Shown here piece after piece: positions 6,901-15,404 of a stretch of 40,903 bases of DNA. The notes below the pieces were generated by a model, which had not been told where the DNA came from, made no database searches, and saw only the letters and a list, made by a program, of their open reading frames with translations. Positions within the stretch are counted from its first letter, which is position 1; every line of letters begins with the position of its first letter. Origin of the DNA: a virus; IMG/VR virus record IMGVR_UViG_3300001202_000008, positions 1 to 40,903 of that record; one strand, written 5' to 3'. The position numbers and the translations under genes were made by a program.

Positions 6901-7304
6901 AACGACACACCGAGCTTGATGTCTCTGATGTGGCTCGCCACGCGGCGCTTTAGGTTGATCGACATAACCGCTCTTATATCAGACTGTGAGAACATCTCCT
7001 CGAGCAAGAGAGAGCTGTGCCAGTTATTCGATCGGGTCTTTTCTGGCGAGGGATTGTGAGCCGTGTCGCCGAGCCCATCGAGGTCATGATTGATGACGGT
7101 GATCGATCTCGCCTTGTTAGGTCGGCGCTTTACCCATCCCCGATCGACAAGGCCCTCAATCAAGCGATGCACGCCCGACTTTGACTTGAGGCCGAGGCCG
7201 TCTTTGATGTCATCGTAACTTGGCGCGACCCGGTGGGCGGCAATATGCGCGATGATAAACTCAAGGCATTGGCGTTGTTTTGGTGTCAAACTATAGGGTG
7301 TCAT
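6897..7304 (-). CDS. LexA N-terminal DNA-binding-domain protein without an S24 peptidase domain
   Basis: LTPKQRQCLEFIIAHIAAHRVAPSYDDIKDGLGLKSKSGVHRLIEGLVDRGWVKRRPNKARSI. ATG at 7304 is preceded by AGGAGAG. The C-terminal 70 aa have no Ala-Gly/Ser-Lys features. Confidence 0.7.
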   Translation of the reverse strand: MTPYSLTPKQRQCLEFIIAHIAAHRVAPSYDDIKDGLGLKSKSGVHRLIEGLVDRGWVKRRPNKARSITVINHDLDGLGDTAHNPSPEKTRSNNWHSSLLLEEMFSQSDIRAVMSINLKRRVASHIRDIKLGVSF

Positions 7305-7306
7305 GG

Positions 7307-7777
7307 TTAGTCTCTCCTCTTGAGATCGTTTCGGCTTTGGAGCTTTCGCTTGCCCCATCGATGCTTGTGCCCCGGGGGCGGTTTTTGAAAGCCTTGTCGT
7401 GTCTTGAGCTTTGGCCCGTTCCTACGTCGCCGTGCTTGTTGACCCGTCTCGCCACCTTGGCTCTTGGCTTTGGCAATCCGGGCAACGTCATCGGCGGTCT
7501 TGCGTTTATGGCAATCTGGCCTCAACGCTTGCCATTTGATCTCATCGCCCTCGTATAGCAAAGCATTAGGCACAACGTGGTCAAACTCAACCAAGAGATA
7601 AAAGTCACGCTCGCAACCGCACTCACAAACACCGTAATCGAGTATAAACTCTTTACAGTCATCAACCGTCATCTCTTTAACGATTGGGTGAGCGGTCATC
7701 CATTTATCAGATATGCGCTCAACCATAAGCCTAAGCTCATCGCGACGGACTCGGCGGCGCTTCATAAGATTAGGCAT
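7307..7777 (-). CDS. HNH endonuclease (second copy, different subfamily)
   Basis: CECGC....EFDHVVPNAL.....WQALRPDCHKRKTADDV, followed by a basic tail. Confidence 0.65.
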   Translation of the reverse strand: MPNLMKRRRVRRDELRLMVERISDKWMTAHPIVKEMTVDDCKEFILDYGVCECGCERDFYLLVEFDHVVPNALLYEGDEIKWQALRPDCHKRKTADDVARIAKAKSQGGETGQQARRRRNGPKLKTRQGFQKPPPGHKHRWGKRKLQSRNDLKRRD

Positions 7778-7979
7778 TAAACGCCCCTATATTGCTGTGC
7801 TTTTTTCTCAACTCAAAAAAATAATCCCATGCTTTCTCTCTATCCCAAAAGACATCACCCTCGGTATTCTTGCGTGAGCCGTATGGGTAAAAAATATAAA
7901 CCCAAATGATCGTCTCACCATGATTGCTCAACCACTTCATGTTGACCTCAGGCGGGTTGTAATAATTAAGCTTAGTCAT
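7770..7979 (-). CDS. Hypothetical protein
   Basis: 69-aa ORF, overlap-coupled on both sides. Confidence 0.45.
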   Translation of the reverse strand: MTKLNYYNPPEVNMKWLSNHGETIIWVYIFYPYGSRKNTEGDVFWDREKAWDYFFELRKKHSNIGAFNA

Positions 7980-8179
7980 ATCGATCTCATATCACGCCAA
8001 GAATGCACGGCTTTAACCGCGAGGCGGTACTCCCAACCGCCATTGACTATGGTGTCGCGCAAAGCGCCTTGCTCGATCATCTCATCGATATAATGTTTTG
8101 CGGGCTTATCGTTGTCGTGCTCATAGCCGTTTTCGATCGCGTTTTCTAAGTTCTCATAAACATCATCAAATATTGCCAT
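7976..8179 (-). CDS. Hypothetical protein (67 aa)
   Basis: The ATG at 8179 (MAIFDDVYENL) has GAGG 9 nt upstream. The longer track ORF would overlap the methylase by 176 nt. Confidence 0.5.
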   Translation of the reverse strand: MAIFDDVYENLENAIENGYEHDNDKPAKHYIDEMIEQGALRDTIVNGGWEYRLAVKAVHSWRDMRSI

Positions 8180-8777
8180 CTTGAACCTCATCAAATTTGT
8201 CGGCTTGGTCGCCGAAATTATCCCACCCCTCACGGGTCTCTCTCGAGAACATATCGAGACGCCACGCATTAGGCACAAATTTCTCGGCGAGCGCGTAAGC
8301 CTCCTCAGGCTTTCGAGAATGCTCGCGAGCGACGCCATCAAAGCCCGATTGTATAGGCTTGATCGTTGGGTTGCCCATGCGCCCTATGAGAAACGGCTCG
8401 TTTGTTGATCTCAAGACGTAGCCCGTGCCCCATCGATACTTGCCCGGGCGATCGTGACCACACTTGAGAGGCTTGGGCTTGGTTTTCTTTGCCCATGAGC
8501 CCGCCGTCACATATTCAAAACCCCAAGCCTCGAGCGTCTTGACCGCCTCGGGTAACATCGGGTTTGTGGCCCATAACCAAAGGATGCAATCTTTGTTTGC
8601 GATCGTGTCAACTGGCATCGCTCTAATCTCATCGATCGTCATGCACTCATATTGATTTTGAGCACTCTTTTGCTCACCCTTTTTTGACCGCAACTCGAAT
8701 TGCCACGGCGGGTCGCTCATGATGAGATTGTACTTAAAGAGAGGTATCTGTGAAAAGGTGTCAAATGATGATGCCAT
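8166..8777 (-). CDS. MT-A70 family N6-adenine DNA methyltransferase
   Basis: LIMSDPPWQF, YECMTIDEIRAMPV, CILWLWATN, EAWGFEY, HSRKPEE, GWDNFGDQ. Confidence 0.9.
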   Translation of the reverse strand: MASSFDTFSQIPLFKYNLIMSDPPWQFELRSKKGEQKSAQNQYECMTIDEIRAMPVDTIANKDCILWLWATNPMLPEAVKTLEAWGFEYVTAGSWAKKTKPKPLKCGHDRPGKYRWGTGYVLRSTNEPFLIGRMGNPTIKPIQSGFDGVAREHSRKPEEAYALAEKFVPNAWRLDMFSRETREGWDNFGDQADKFDEVQDGNI

Positions 8778-8783
8778 GAGAGT

Positions 8784-9128
8784 TTAATCCTTAAAACCAC
8801 TTTTCGACATGAGCTTGCTGCGATGCGAGCCGCCCGGCGATCGCTTTTCATTCTGCCGTCTCTTGCGCTTTTTGATCCCCTTACCTTTGATATTGCGGCC
8901 CTCCCACGTTGTGACGATGCGACCGCCTTTACAAACAAATGTAAATCCCTCGATCTTTACCGCCTCAGCGCCTGTCGCAACCATTGCCTCGAGCTCATCA
9001 CTGTGCATCTCCTCACGATATTTTTCGATGTCGATGTTGTGGACTCGTTGCATGTACCGCATGAGAGCGTGGTCGGTGATGTAAGGGTGTTTGTTTTTGT
9101 TGCGTCTCAATTTGGTCGCCCCGTCCAT
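8784..9128 (-). CDS. Hypothetical protein with a basic C-terminus
   Basis: 114-aa ORF in operon phase. Confidence 0.5.
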   Translation of the reverse strand: MDGATKLRRNKNKHPYITDHALMRYMQRVHNIDIEKYREEMHSDELEAMVATGAEAVKIEGFTFVCKGGRIVTTWEGRNIKGKGIKKRKRRQNEKRSPGGSHRSKLMSKSGFKD

Positions 9129-9319
9129 TTGCTCGGGTCATAGGTGATCTGAGGCTCGCGTGTCTTGCGGCGATGTTTTGCAAAATGCTTTCTTATGGCT
9201 TGTGAAAACCCATTCATTGCATCGGTGGCGCTCTGCAATCCCACAACAAATCGTGTGATGTTCTTTGCCATCTCGCGGCGTTGCTTCCATCGGCGATAAC
9301 GCCTTTTAATGTTTCTCAT
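9107..9319 (-). CDS. Hypothetical small basic protein
   Basis: 70-aa ORF with a 4-nt overlap with the RuvC-like gene. Confidence 0.45.
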   Translation of the reverse strand: MRNIKRRYRRWKQRREMAKNITRFVVGLQSATDAMNGFSQAIRKHFAKHRRKTREPQITYDPSKWTGRPN

Positions 9320-9867
9320 GCTGTTAACCTCCCGTGATTGATGGGGTCGAAAGCCAAGAGCGCATCAGGGTCGATCTCGGCCACCACGCAAAGCCATGCC
9401 GCAAAAGCATCGGCCTCGTTATTGTTTGCCGGGTCAAGGCCGCGAGCCCATGCCATGCGCATCATCGCGTCTTTGTTGGCGTTGCCTTTGCCCGTGAGAG
9501 CTTTTTTCATTTGTCCCGGCGTCGCCTCAATCAAGATCACCTTGTGAGTTGATTGATCGTTGTGAGCTGTGACCGCCGCCTCGATGTGAGCATCAAGACC
9601 TTGCGCAATCCGCGTCATGTTGATGTTGTGAAACTTGGTCAAGATTGGGCTCTCAAATATGATGTGCGTGACGCCTTTGGTGTTGATGGTCTCAGTGAGC
9701 CACCGCCTAAAAAATTCAAACATATAGCCTCGGCTCACCTCTTTGCGCTTAGAGAGATCGAGGGTGCCAAGTCGGGGCGGTGCATCAGGCGAGCCCAAAG
9801 CCCACCCCGTCTCGGTTGCCGGGTCGAGCGCGAATATAACAATTTTTTTAGACGCGCTCGAGCCCAT
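9316..9867 (-). CDS. RuvC-like Holliday junction resolvase
   Basis: IFALDPATETGWA (first Asp), IIFESP (Glu), GKGNANKDAM, NNEADAFAAW (Asp). Confidence 0.7.
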   Translation of the reverse strand: MGSSASKKIVIFALDPATETGWALGSPDAPPRLGTLDLSKRKEVSRGYMFEFFRRWLTETINTKGVTHIIFESPILTKFHNINMTRIAQGLDAHIEAAVTAHNDQSTHKVILIEATPGQMKKALTGKGNANKDAMMRMAWARGLDPANNNEADAFAAWLCVVAEIDPDALLAFDPINHGRLTA

Positions 9868-10205
9868 TAGTTCACCGCCGCGTCTTTGACATCATCGCCA
9901 AGACCGAGATCGAGTTGAGCATCAAGCTCAAATTGCTCGCGGTAATGATCGAAGTGTGCCAAGAAAGCCGACAGCTTATCATCTGGCATTCTCAAGAGTT
10001 TGCCGATCTGTTTAAAGGCCCCCTTGTGAATGTTGTGAATGCTCTCGCCGTTTTTGGCCAAAGCACTCGCCTCGCCCCCAAGCTTCTCTTGCTTGGTTTT
10101 AATCGCATCAAACTTTTTACGGTGTGCTTGCAATTGAGCTTTGTCGGGCAACTGTGAGCCTGTCTTTTGATTGAGCTTGGTGACATTGTTTGCCTCTTTT
10201 CCCAT
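9867..10205 (-). CDS. Hypothetical protein
   Basis: 112-aa ORF. Its stop overlaps the RuvC-like start by 1 nt. Confidence 0.55.
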   Translation of the reverse strand: MGKEANNVTKLNQKTGSQLPDKAQLQAHRKKFDAIKTKQEKLGGEASALAKNGESIHNIHKGAFKQIGKLLRMPDDKLSAFLAHFDHYREQFELDAQLDLGLGDDVKDAAVN

Positions 10206-10255
10206 GCTATCAATCCTTTCGATGTGGTGAGAAACGGCTCACCGCCGATGTGACC

Positions 10256-10405
10256 TTACTTGGTCAAATTCATTAATCGGTGCCTGAGGCTTTTCAAGCG
10301 CCTGATGATCTGTGTTGGCCTCTTTTCATAGACCTCGATGTGAACCTCAACGGCGGTTTGGTATCTCTCAATCAATTGAGTTAATGCCTCGGCCTCACTA
10401 TTCAC
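10256..10405 (-). CDS. Small hypothetical protein (49 aa from GTG)
   Basis: The GTG at 10405 overlaps the upstream stop (GTGAATAG). The ATG at 10480 would overlap the neighbour by 83 nt. Confidence 0.35.
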   Translation of the reverse strand: MNSEAEALTQLIERYQTAVEVHIEVYEKRPTQIIRRLKSLRHRLMNLTK

Positions 10406-10616
10406 CGCGCTCTTGCTCCTCGACCATTCTCTCGAGCTTTTCCTCGCACGCGATCGCTCGATCTCGATGCACCTTGGCAAACTGAGCGGCGATGGCGGTG
10501 TTGCCTTTGTCGTAATGCCGGGCGATCTGATGGTTGTTATCGATCGCTCTCTCGAGCTTTTTAATCGTCTTGGGCAATGCCCGGGCGGCGGTTGGTGTCT
10601 CTCGATAGTGTGTCAC
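10398..10616 (-). CDS. Hypothetical protein
   Basis: 72-aa helical ORF with a 4-nt overlap upstream. Confidence 0.5.
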   Translation of the reverse strand: MTHYRETPTAARALPKTIKKLERAIDNNHQIARHYDKGNTAIAAQFAKVHRDRAIACEEKLERMVEEQERGE

Positions 10617-10930
10617 CCGATGAGCCTATCCTGACAATCCTCAACCTGCACCTTTATGGCCGTGTCGATTTGCGCTTTTAACGCCCTAATTTGGTGATTG
10701 TGAGTTTGCCATAAGGCGTCAATTTTATTGATGCAATCATTTGCGGCCTCAATGTGTTTAAAAACACCAAAGACGTTGCGAGGTTTACACTTTTGTTTGC
10801 CTCTCGTGCCGTCGATTTGCACCATCGCCACCCCCATCGCTACACCAACCCATAATCGACTAGCCCCATATTGAGGCTTAGATATGCCGTCAGAAAACAC
10901 TACAAAGTCACCACGAGAAAAGGTCATCAT
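10613..10930 (-). CDS. Hypothetical protein
   Basis: 105-aa ORF with 4-nt overlaps. Confidence 0.55.
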   Translation of the reverse strand: MMTFSRGDFVVFSDGISKPQYGASRLWVGVAMGVAMVQIDGTRGKQKCKPRNVFGVFKHIEAANDCINKIDALWQTHNHQIRALKAQIDTAIKVQVEDCQDRLIG

Positions 10931-11133
10931 GACAAACCCTCCTCATCAAAATCATCGAAAGATAACTCGACACCGTAATTGTCCTTTGCCGCTTTTATGA
11001 CATCTCGCCAGTTTTTACGCGGTATAAAGTTGTTAACGTCCCACGATCTACATGTGCTCATTGGCTTTCCAAGCTTCTCAGACATCTCTTTGACCGTTCC
11101 AAATACCGCGACGATTTTCGTGGTTTTTCTCAT
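10927..11133 (-). CDS. Cro-like small DNA-binding protein, first gene of the leftward operon
   Basis: VKEMSEKLGKPMSTCRSWDVNNFIPRKNWRDVIKAA fits the W..(R)N.IP..W HTH pattern of small alphaproteobacterial phage regulators. Its position next to the divergent promoter region supports the call. Confidence 0.55.
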   Translation of the reverse strand: MRKTTKIVAVFGTVKEMSEKLGKPMSTCRSWDVNNFIPRKNWRDVIKAAKDNYGVELSFDDFDEEGLS

Positions 11134-11269
11134 GATACCTCACTTTCGTTGGCTTTCAGCAAATAGCGCCCCGTTTATTATTGTCAACTATTTTCGTCTT
11201 TTTTCGTTGACTTGTGTTTTTTTATTTCTTAAAGGCAAGACAGACACCACAACCACTCGCGAGATTTGC
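11134..11269. promoter_or_regulatory. Divergent early switch region
   Basis: Minus-strand TTGACA (11187-11182) lies 15-16 nt from CTATTTG. Plus-strand TTGACT (11207-11212) has only a weak -10. The -35 boxes form the inverted pair GTCAAC/GTTGAC. TTTCGT recurs at 11116, 11144, 11192 and 11202. Confidence 0.45.
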
Positions 11270-11863
11270 ATGACAGATACAACCAAACCAATCGGGCCGA
11301 GAGAGGTTGCCGCCGAGCATCCCGGTCGTGCTACCTTTGGCGATGTCTTGCGAGCCTATGGTCTCGAGGGCGTTAATGATTTTATCCCGAGATACCTCAA
11401 CGACTCGGTGATGTTCCCTGAGCTCGACACGCCACAAAAAGCCGAGGTGCATGTTTGGGTGCATCTCAGGGGCGTGCTCGATGACCTGAGGCAACAAGAC
11501 AAACGCAAGGCCGCAATGCTCGAGAGCTATGACGGCGACCCGGCGAGCCCATCGCCCCTCAATCCTCATCGCGGCAAATACACTCTCGCGATCGTGATTG
11601 ATGTCACCGATACATTGCGCGGCGATATTCAACTCGAGCTCAAGAGCAATAAGTTTCGCCGCTATCGGTGCGACATAGGCAATCACCCGGCGCAATTCTT
11701 TGACATATCTTTCGATATTATTCGCGAGCACGAGCCATCAGGCAAGCTTGACGATTACATCGTTGAGATGGCCAAGCGCCAAATCGAGGGGCTCAAAGAT
11801 TACCCCGATGAGATGAACGGCAATCAAGCCGATCGTGACAATTACGACACCATAGCCAGATAG
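11270..11863 (+). CDS. Hypothetical protein, first gene of the rightward operon
   Basis: MTDTTKPIGPRE... 197 aa. The 294-aa track ORF has an N-terminal extension running through the promoter region and the Cro-like gene. Confidence 0.6.
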   Translation: MTDTTKPIGPREVAAEHPGRATFGDVLRAYGLEGVNDFIPRYLNDSVMFPELDTPQKAEVHVWVHLRGVLDDLRQQDKRKAAMLESYDGDPASPSPLNPHRGKYTLAIVIDVTDTLRGDIQLELKSNKFRRYRCDIGNHPAQFFDISFDIIREHEPSGKLDDYIVEMAKRQIEGLKDYPDEMNGNQADRDNYDTIAR

Positions 11864-11873
11864 GAGAAAACCA

Positions 11874-12326
11874 ATGGCACCAACCGACACCACAACTAAA
11901 GGGCCGCGATCACCGCGCCCTATAGACATTGAGATCGGCGCTCGAATCCGTCGCATGAGATCGATGCACCCAAAAGGCAAAATGTCTCAAGAGAACCTTG
12001 GCAACGCGGTCGGCGTGACATTTCAGCAAATTCAAAAATACGAGCGCGGGTCAAACCGCATCGGCACCTCGCGCCTTGTTGAGCTCGCCAACGCCCTCGA
12101 GGTTGATGCGACTGAGCTCGTGCGCGGCCTCTCTAAGTTTGGCGAAAAGCCGAGCTCTATGGCCGAGACGTTTCACAACACCAACGGCGCTTATGCGATG
12201 AGCAAGGCTCTCTCTCAACTCAACCCGCGAGTGCAAGGCGCTCTCATTGAGCTCGCCCGGGCATTGGCCAAGGGCAATGCAAGAGAGATCGGCACCGCCG
12301 TTCATGGGGCTCTCGCCGCCGAGTAA
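11874..12326 (+). CDS. XRE-family HTH transcriptional regulator (candidate repressor)
   Basis: IGARIRRMRSMHPKGKMSQENLGNAVGVTFQQIQKYERGSNRIGTSRLVELANAL. AGGAGA SD present. No S24 domain. Confidence 0.85.
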   Translation: MAPTDTTTKGPRSPRPIDIEIGARIRRMRSMHPKGKMSQENLGNAVGVTFQQIQKYERGSNRIGTSRLVELANALEVDATELVRGLSKFGEKPSSMAETFHNTNGAYAMSKALSQLNPRVQGALIELARALAKGNAREIGTAVHGALAAE

Positions 12327-12364
12327 TCTTTAGTTAACCATCAACATCAAGAAAGGGTCACAAT

Positions 12365-13651
12365 ATGGCCAAGAAAAAAACACCCCTTAAGATCGTGCGC
12401 ATGAGCGCCGAGAACATCAAGCGCCTCGATGCGGTTGAGATAACGCCCGAGGGCAACGTGATCGAGATCACGGGCAAGAATGGCGCGGGCAAGACCTCAT
12501 TGCTCGATGCTATATGGTGGGCTCTCGGTGGCGTGTCTAACGTCCAAGCCAAGCCGATCAAAGACGGTGAGGAATCCGCGACGGTCGAGCTCGATCTCGG
12601 TCGCCTATTGGTTAAGCGTAAGTTCATCGCTCAAGAGGGCGGCAAGTTTACCACCTCATTGATCGTGCAAAATGATGAGGGCGCTCGCTTTCAATCACCG
12701 CAAAGCATCCTCGATGCCATCCTCGGCGAGCTCACCTTTGACCCGCTCGAGTTCACACGTCTTAAGCCTGTTGAGCAAATGAAACTCTTGCAAGCCTTTG
12801 TCGCCGATTTTGACTTTGATGGTGCGATCAAAGAGCGTGATGAGATTTACACTCAACGCCGGGACATCAACCGGGATGCAAAGCAAGCCGAGGCTCAACT
12901 CGAGGCGTTGCCTGAGATCGACCCTGAGATCGAGATCATCGACCTCGAGGCCGCAACTATCGCCTACAAAAAGGTGCTTGCCACGGCTCAAGAGGTGAAA
13001 GAAAACAAAAGATCATTTGATGAGGCTGTAAGCAATATCGACAATCTAAACGCACGGCGTGAGCGTGCGGTCAAAAACCTAGCTGAGATCAAGGCGTCAA
13101 TAAAAGACATCGATGCAAAGCTAACCGACCTCAATGCGATCACCGCAAAGGCGGGCAAGTTTGTCATGCCCGACACCGCCGCCGCCGAGGCCCGCATGGC
13201 AACGGCCCAAGAGCAAACCAAGATCATCGCATCAAACGCCGAGAGAGATCGTCTCACCGAGCGTGTTGAGTTCCTTAAGAGCACATCGGGCGATCTCACC
13301 GAGAGGCTTGAGAAAATCGCCGCCGACCAAGCTGATGCCGTCAAGCAATCTGAGATGCCCGTGGGCGGCATAGCCTTTGGCGATGATTGCGTCATGCTCA
13401 ATGGTGTGCCGTTTAATCAGGCTAGCGATGCCGAGCAACTATTGGCCGCGATCGAGATCGCCGTCGCCATGAATACCGAGCTTAGAATTTGCCGGGTGCG
13501 TGACGGGTCTCTCATCGACAATGACGGCATGAAATTGCTTGCCGAGCGTGCCGAGGCCAACGACTTTCAAATATGGGTCGAGACTGTGCAAAGCGGTCGT
13601 GAGAGCGCCATCGTCATCGAGGATGGTCGCATAAAAGGCGACGCAAAATGA
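12365..13651 (+). CDS. SMC/Rad50/SbcC-like ATPase (minimal, 428 aa)
   Basis: Walker A ITGKNGAGKTSLLDAI. Central coiled coil of about 180 aa. Signature-like NQASDAEQLLAAIEIAVA. Walker B/D-loop LRICRVRDGSLID. Confidence 0.8.
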   Translation: MAKKKTPLKIVRMSAENIKRLDAVEITPEGNVIEITGKNGAGKTSLLDAIWWALGGVSNVQAKPIKDGEESATVELDLGRLLVKRKFIAQEGGKFTTSLIVQNDEGARFQSPQSILDAILGELTFDPLEFTRLKPVEQMKLLQAFVADFDFDGAIKERDEIYTQRRDINRDAKQAEAQLEALPEIDPEIEIIDLEAATIAYKKVLATAQEVKENKRSFDEAVSNIDNLNARRERAVKNLAEIKASIKDIDAKLTDLNAITAKAGKFVMPDTAAAEARMATAQEQTKIIASNAERDRLTERVEFLKSTSGDLTERLEKIAADQADAVKQSEMPVGGIAFGDDCVMLNGVPFNQASDAEQLLAAIEIAVAMNTELRICRVRDGSLIDNDGMKLLAERAEANDFQIWVETVQSGRESAIVIEDGRIKGDAK

Positions 13652-13896
13652 GCGCCTCGCCTGTAAAGGTCTCAGCGCAAACCCCGATGTCAATCTTGGC
13701 ATTGGGTGTCGTTTCACCTGTGTTGCTAGTGTGCTTTATCATATTCACCTTGTTTATGATTGCGCTTGGCATCCTCGCCGTCTTGGCGATGATCGTTGTC
13801 GGTTTAGTCTTGTGGCTGATAATTTGGTGGACTGAACGAGACACAAGAAAAACCCTAAAGCAATTTAGAAAAACGAAAGCCAAAAAAAATGACTAA
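13648..13896 (+). CDS. Small membrane protein (2 TM)
   Basis: ILALGVVSPVLLVCFIIFTLFMIALGILAVLAMIVVGLVLWLIIWW. ATGA overlap with the ATPase gene. Confidence 0.55.
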   Translation: MSASPVKVSAQTPMSILALGVVSPVLLVCFIIFTLFMIALGILAVLAMIVVGLVLWLIIWWTERDTRKTLKQFRKTKAKKND

Positions 13897-14128
13897 ATAT
13901 CTCAAAGCCCAATTCTGCCAACGGCACGCCGACCCTCTTGACCCTCGCTCATATGGGCCAAAGTCTTACACCTACATCGACAATCACGGCGTTGTTGTTG
14001 GTGATCTTATCGTTGTGAGAGGCCGTCAACACACTGAGGTCTTGCGTGTAAGCGAGACCGATGTTGAGCTCGCCCCTGAGCTCGAGGGCGTCACAATCAA
14101 GTCAACGCTCGGCAAGGTCATCATCTGA
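13889..14128 (+). CDS. Hypothetical protein
   Basis: 79-aa ORF, overlap-coupled at both ends. Confidence 0.5.
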   Translation: MTKYLKAQFCQRHADPLDPRSYGPKSYTYIDNHGVVVGDLIVVRGRQHTEVLRVSETDVELAPELEGVTIKSTLGKVII

Positions 14129-15402
14129 TGGCGATCGAAGCAAAAGACGGCTGTTGTCAAGAGGCCAGCTTGCACGCCCCTAAAGGCATGTATCTGCCAT
14201 GCAACAAGCCCGCCGTGGCCGTGGTCGAGTACCCATCAAAAGAGCTCGCGAGGGTTTGTGATATGTGTCTCGATCACGCGGTCAAAAACCGTGGCGCAAA
14301 GAAAACCGATCAAGAGATCACAGTGCCGATTGAGACACCAAAGGCGATCGTCAAAGAGGATGAGCCCGATGAGGTGGTGACTGATACCGCCGCGCCGAAT
14401 CCTCTCGATGAATTTCCAAACGGATTAATCAACCGCACTTGTTGGATTGATGACTTGCCTATGAGTGATTATCACTCCGATGTTTGTGCCGGGCCATCAG
14501 TCTCGAGCGGTGATCTCGTGACCGTTGAGGAGAAAGGGCTCAAGATATATTACGCGACAAACTACAATAACCCTGAGCGGTATATCCCGAAAGACAAACC
14601 CGCATATATTCTCGGGCGCTTGGCTCACTGTGCGATCTTGGGCGACACGGCTTTCTCAAAGCAATTCGTGCTCAAGCCATTTGATTTTAGAAGCAAAGAG
14701 CAAAAGGCATGGCGCGATCGTCATCTCTCTATGGGCCTCACGATCGTCAAGCAATCGGATTATGACACCGCCTTGAGAATGGCCGATGAGATCGCCAAAG
14801 ACCCGCTTGCGATGTCCATCCTCGAGGGCGGCATCCCTGAGCGCACGTTCATCAAAAAGGTCGGCAACATCTACATCAAGTCGAGACCCGACGCCCTCGG
14901 TCGCGGTGATCTCATCATTGCCGATTATAAAAAATCACGGCGCGAAACGAGCGATCTCTTGTTTAAAGACATCACGAGCTTTGGCTATGTGATGAAAATG
15001 GCCAACATCGGTGAGGGCGTCTTTGCCAACACCCCGGGCAATGCGAAAAACATATTCGATTTTACTTATGTGTTTATCATGCAAAACGATGAGCCGCCTT
15101 ACACTGTCACCACTGTCAAGATTGAACCACGCGCACCGATCGAGATCAATGGTGAGGTGACAAGCGAGAGCAAAGACATGACCAACGCCGTGCGCGACTC
15201 GATCTATTGGGCGTCATGTCAAAACCGCCGATCGGTCAATCGTCTCTCTGAGGCTTTTGCGAGCGGTGAATGGCCAGCGCCACACGGCGGGGGCCCGGTC
15301 AATTATTCCTATCCTCAATGGCTATGCAACAAGCTCGCCCGTGAGCAATCGCAAGGCTTACTGCCACACCTTGACGAAAACCTAAGAGAGATTGAGCGTT
15401 AA
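14128..15402 (+). CDS. PD-(D/E)XK nuclease (exonuclease VIII/DUF3799-like) with an N-terminal Cys cluster
   Basis: YHSDVCAGPSVSSGDL, GRLAHCAILGD, IKSRPDALGRGDLIIADYKKS (D...D-Y-K core). N-terminal CC...C...C..C. Confidence 0.7.
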   Translation: MAIEAKDGCCQEASLHAPKGMYLPCNKPAVAVVEYPSKELARVCDMCLDHAVKNRGAKKTDQEITVPIETPKAIVKEDEPDEVVTDTAAPNPLDEFPNGLINRTCWIDDLPMSDYHSDVCAGPSVSSGDLVTVEEKGLKIYYATNYNNPERYIPKDKPAYILGRLAHCAILGDTAFSKQFVLKPFDFRSKEQKAWRDRHLSMGLTIVKQSDYDTALRMADEIAKDPLAMSILEGGIPERTFIKKVGNIYIKSRPDALGRGDLIIADYKKSRRETSDLLFKDITSFGYVMKMANIGEGVFANTPGNAKNIFDFTYVFIMQNDEPPYTVTTVKIEPRAPIEINGEVTSESKDMTNAVRDSIYWASCQNRRSVNRLSEAFASGEWPAPHGGGPVNYSYPQWLCNKLAREQSQGLLPHLDENLREIER

Positions 15403-15404
15403 CC

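Noticed and set aside
10979-11269. N-terminal 97 codons of the 294-aa plus-strand ORF (10979-11863)
   Set aside because: It runs antisense through the Cro-like gene and across the promoter region with hydrophobic junk-like sequence. The real protein starts at the ATG at 11270.
12988-13401. Antisense and alternative-frame ORFs of 60-190 aa inside confident genes, for example 12988-13401(-), 4779-5318(-), 11222-11731(-), 33639-34040(+), 36595-37170(+), 28055-28426(+), 19120-19560(-) and 35335-35649(-)
   Set aside because: They are shadow ORFs of long coding regions. They are Arg/Ser/Pro-rich, lack SD sequences, and conflict with genes that carry clear family motifs.
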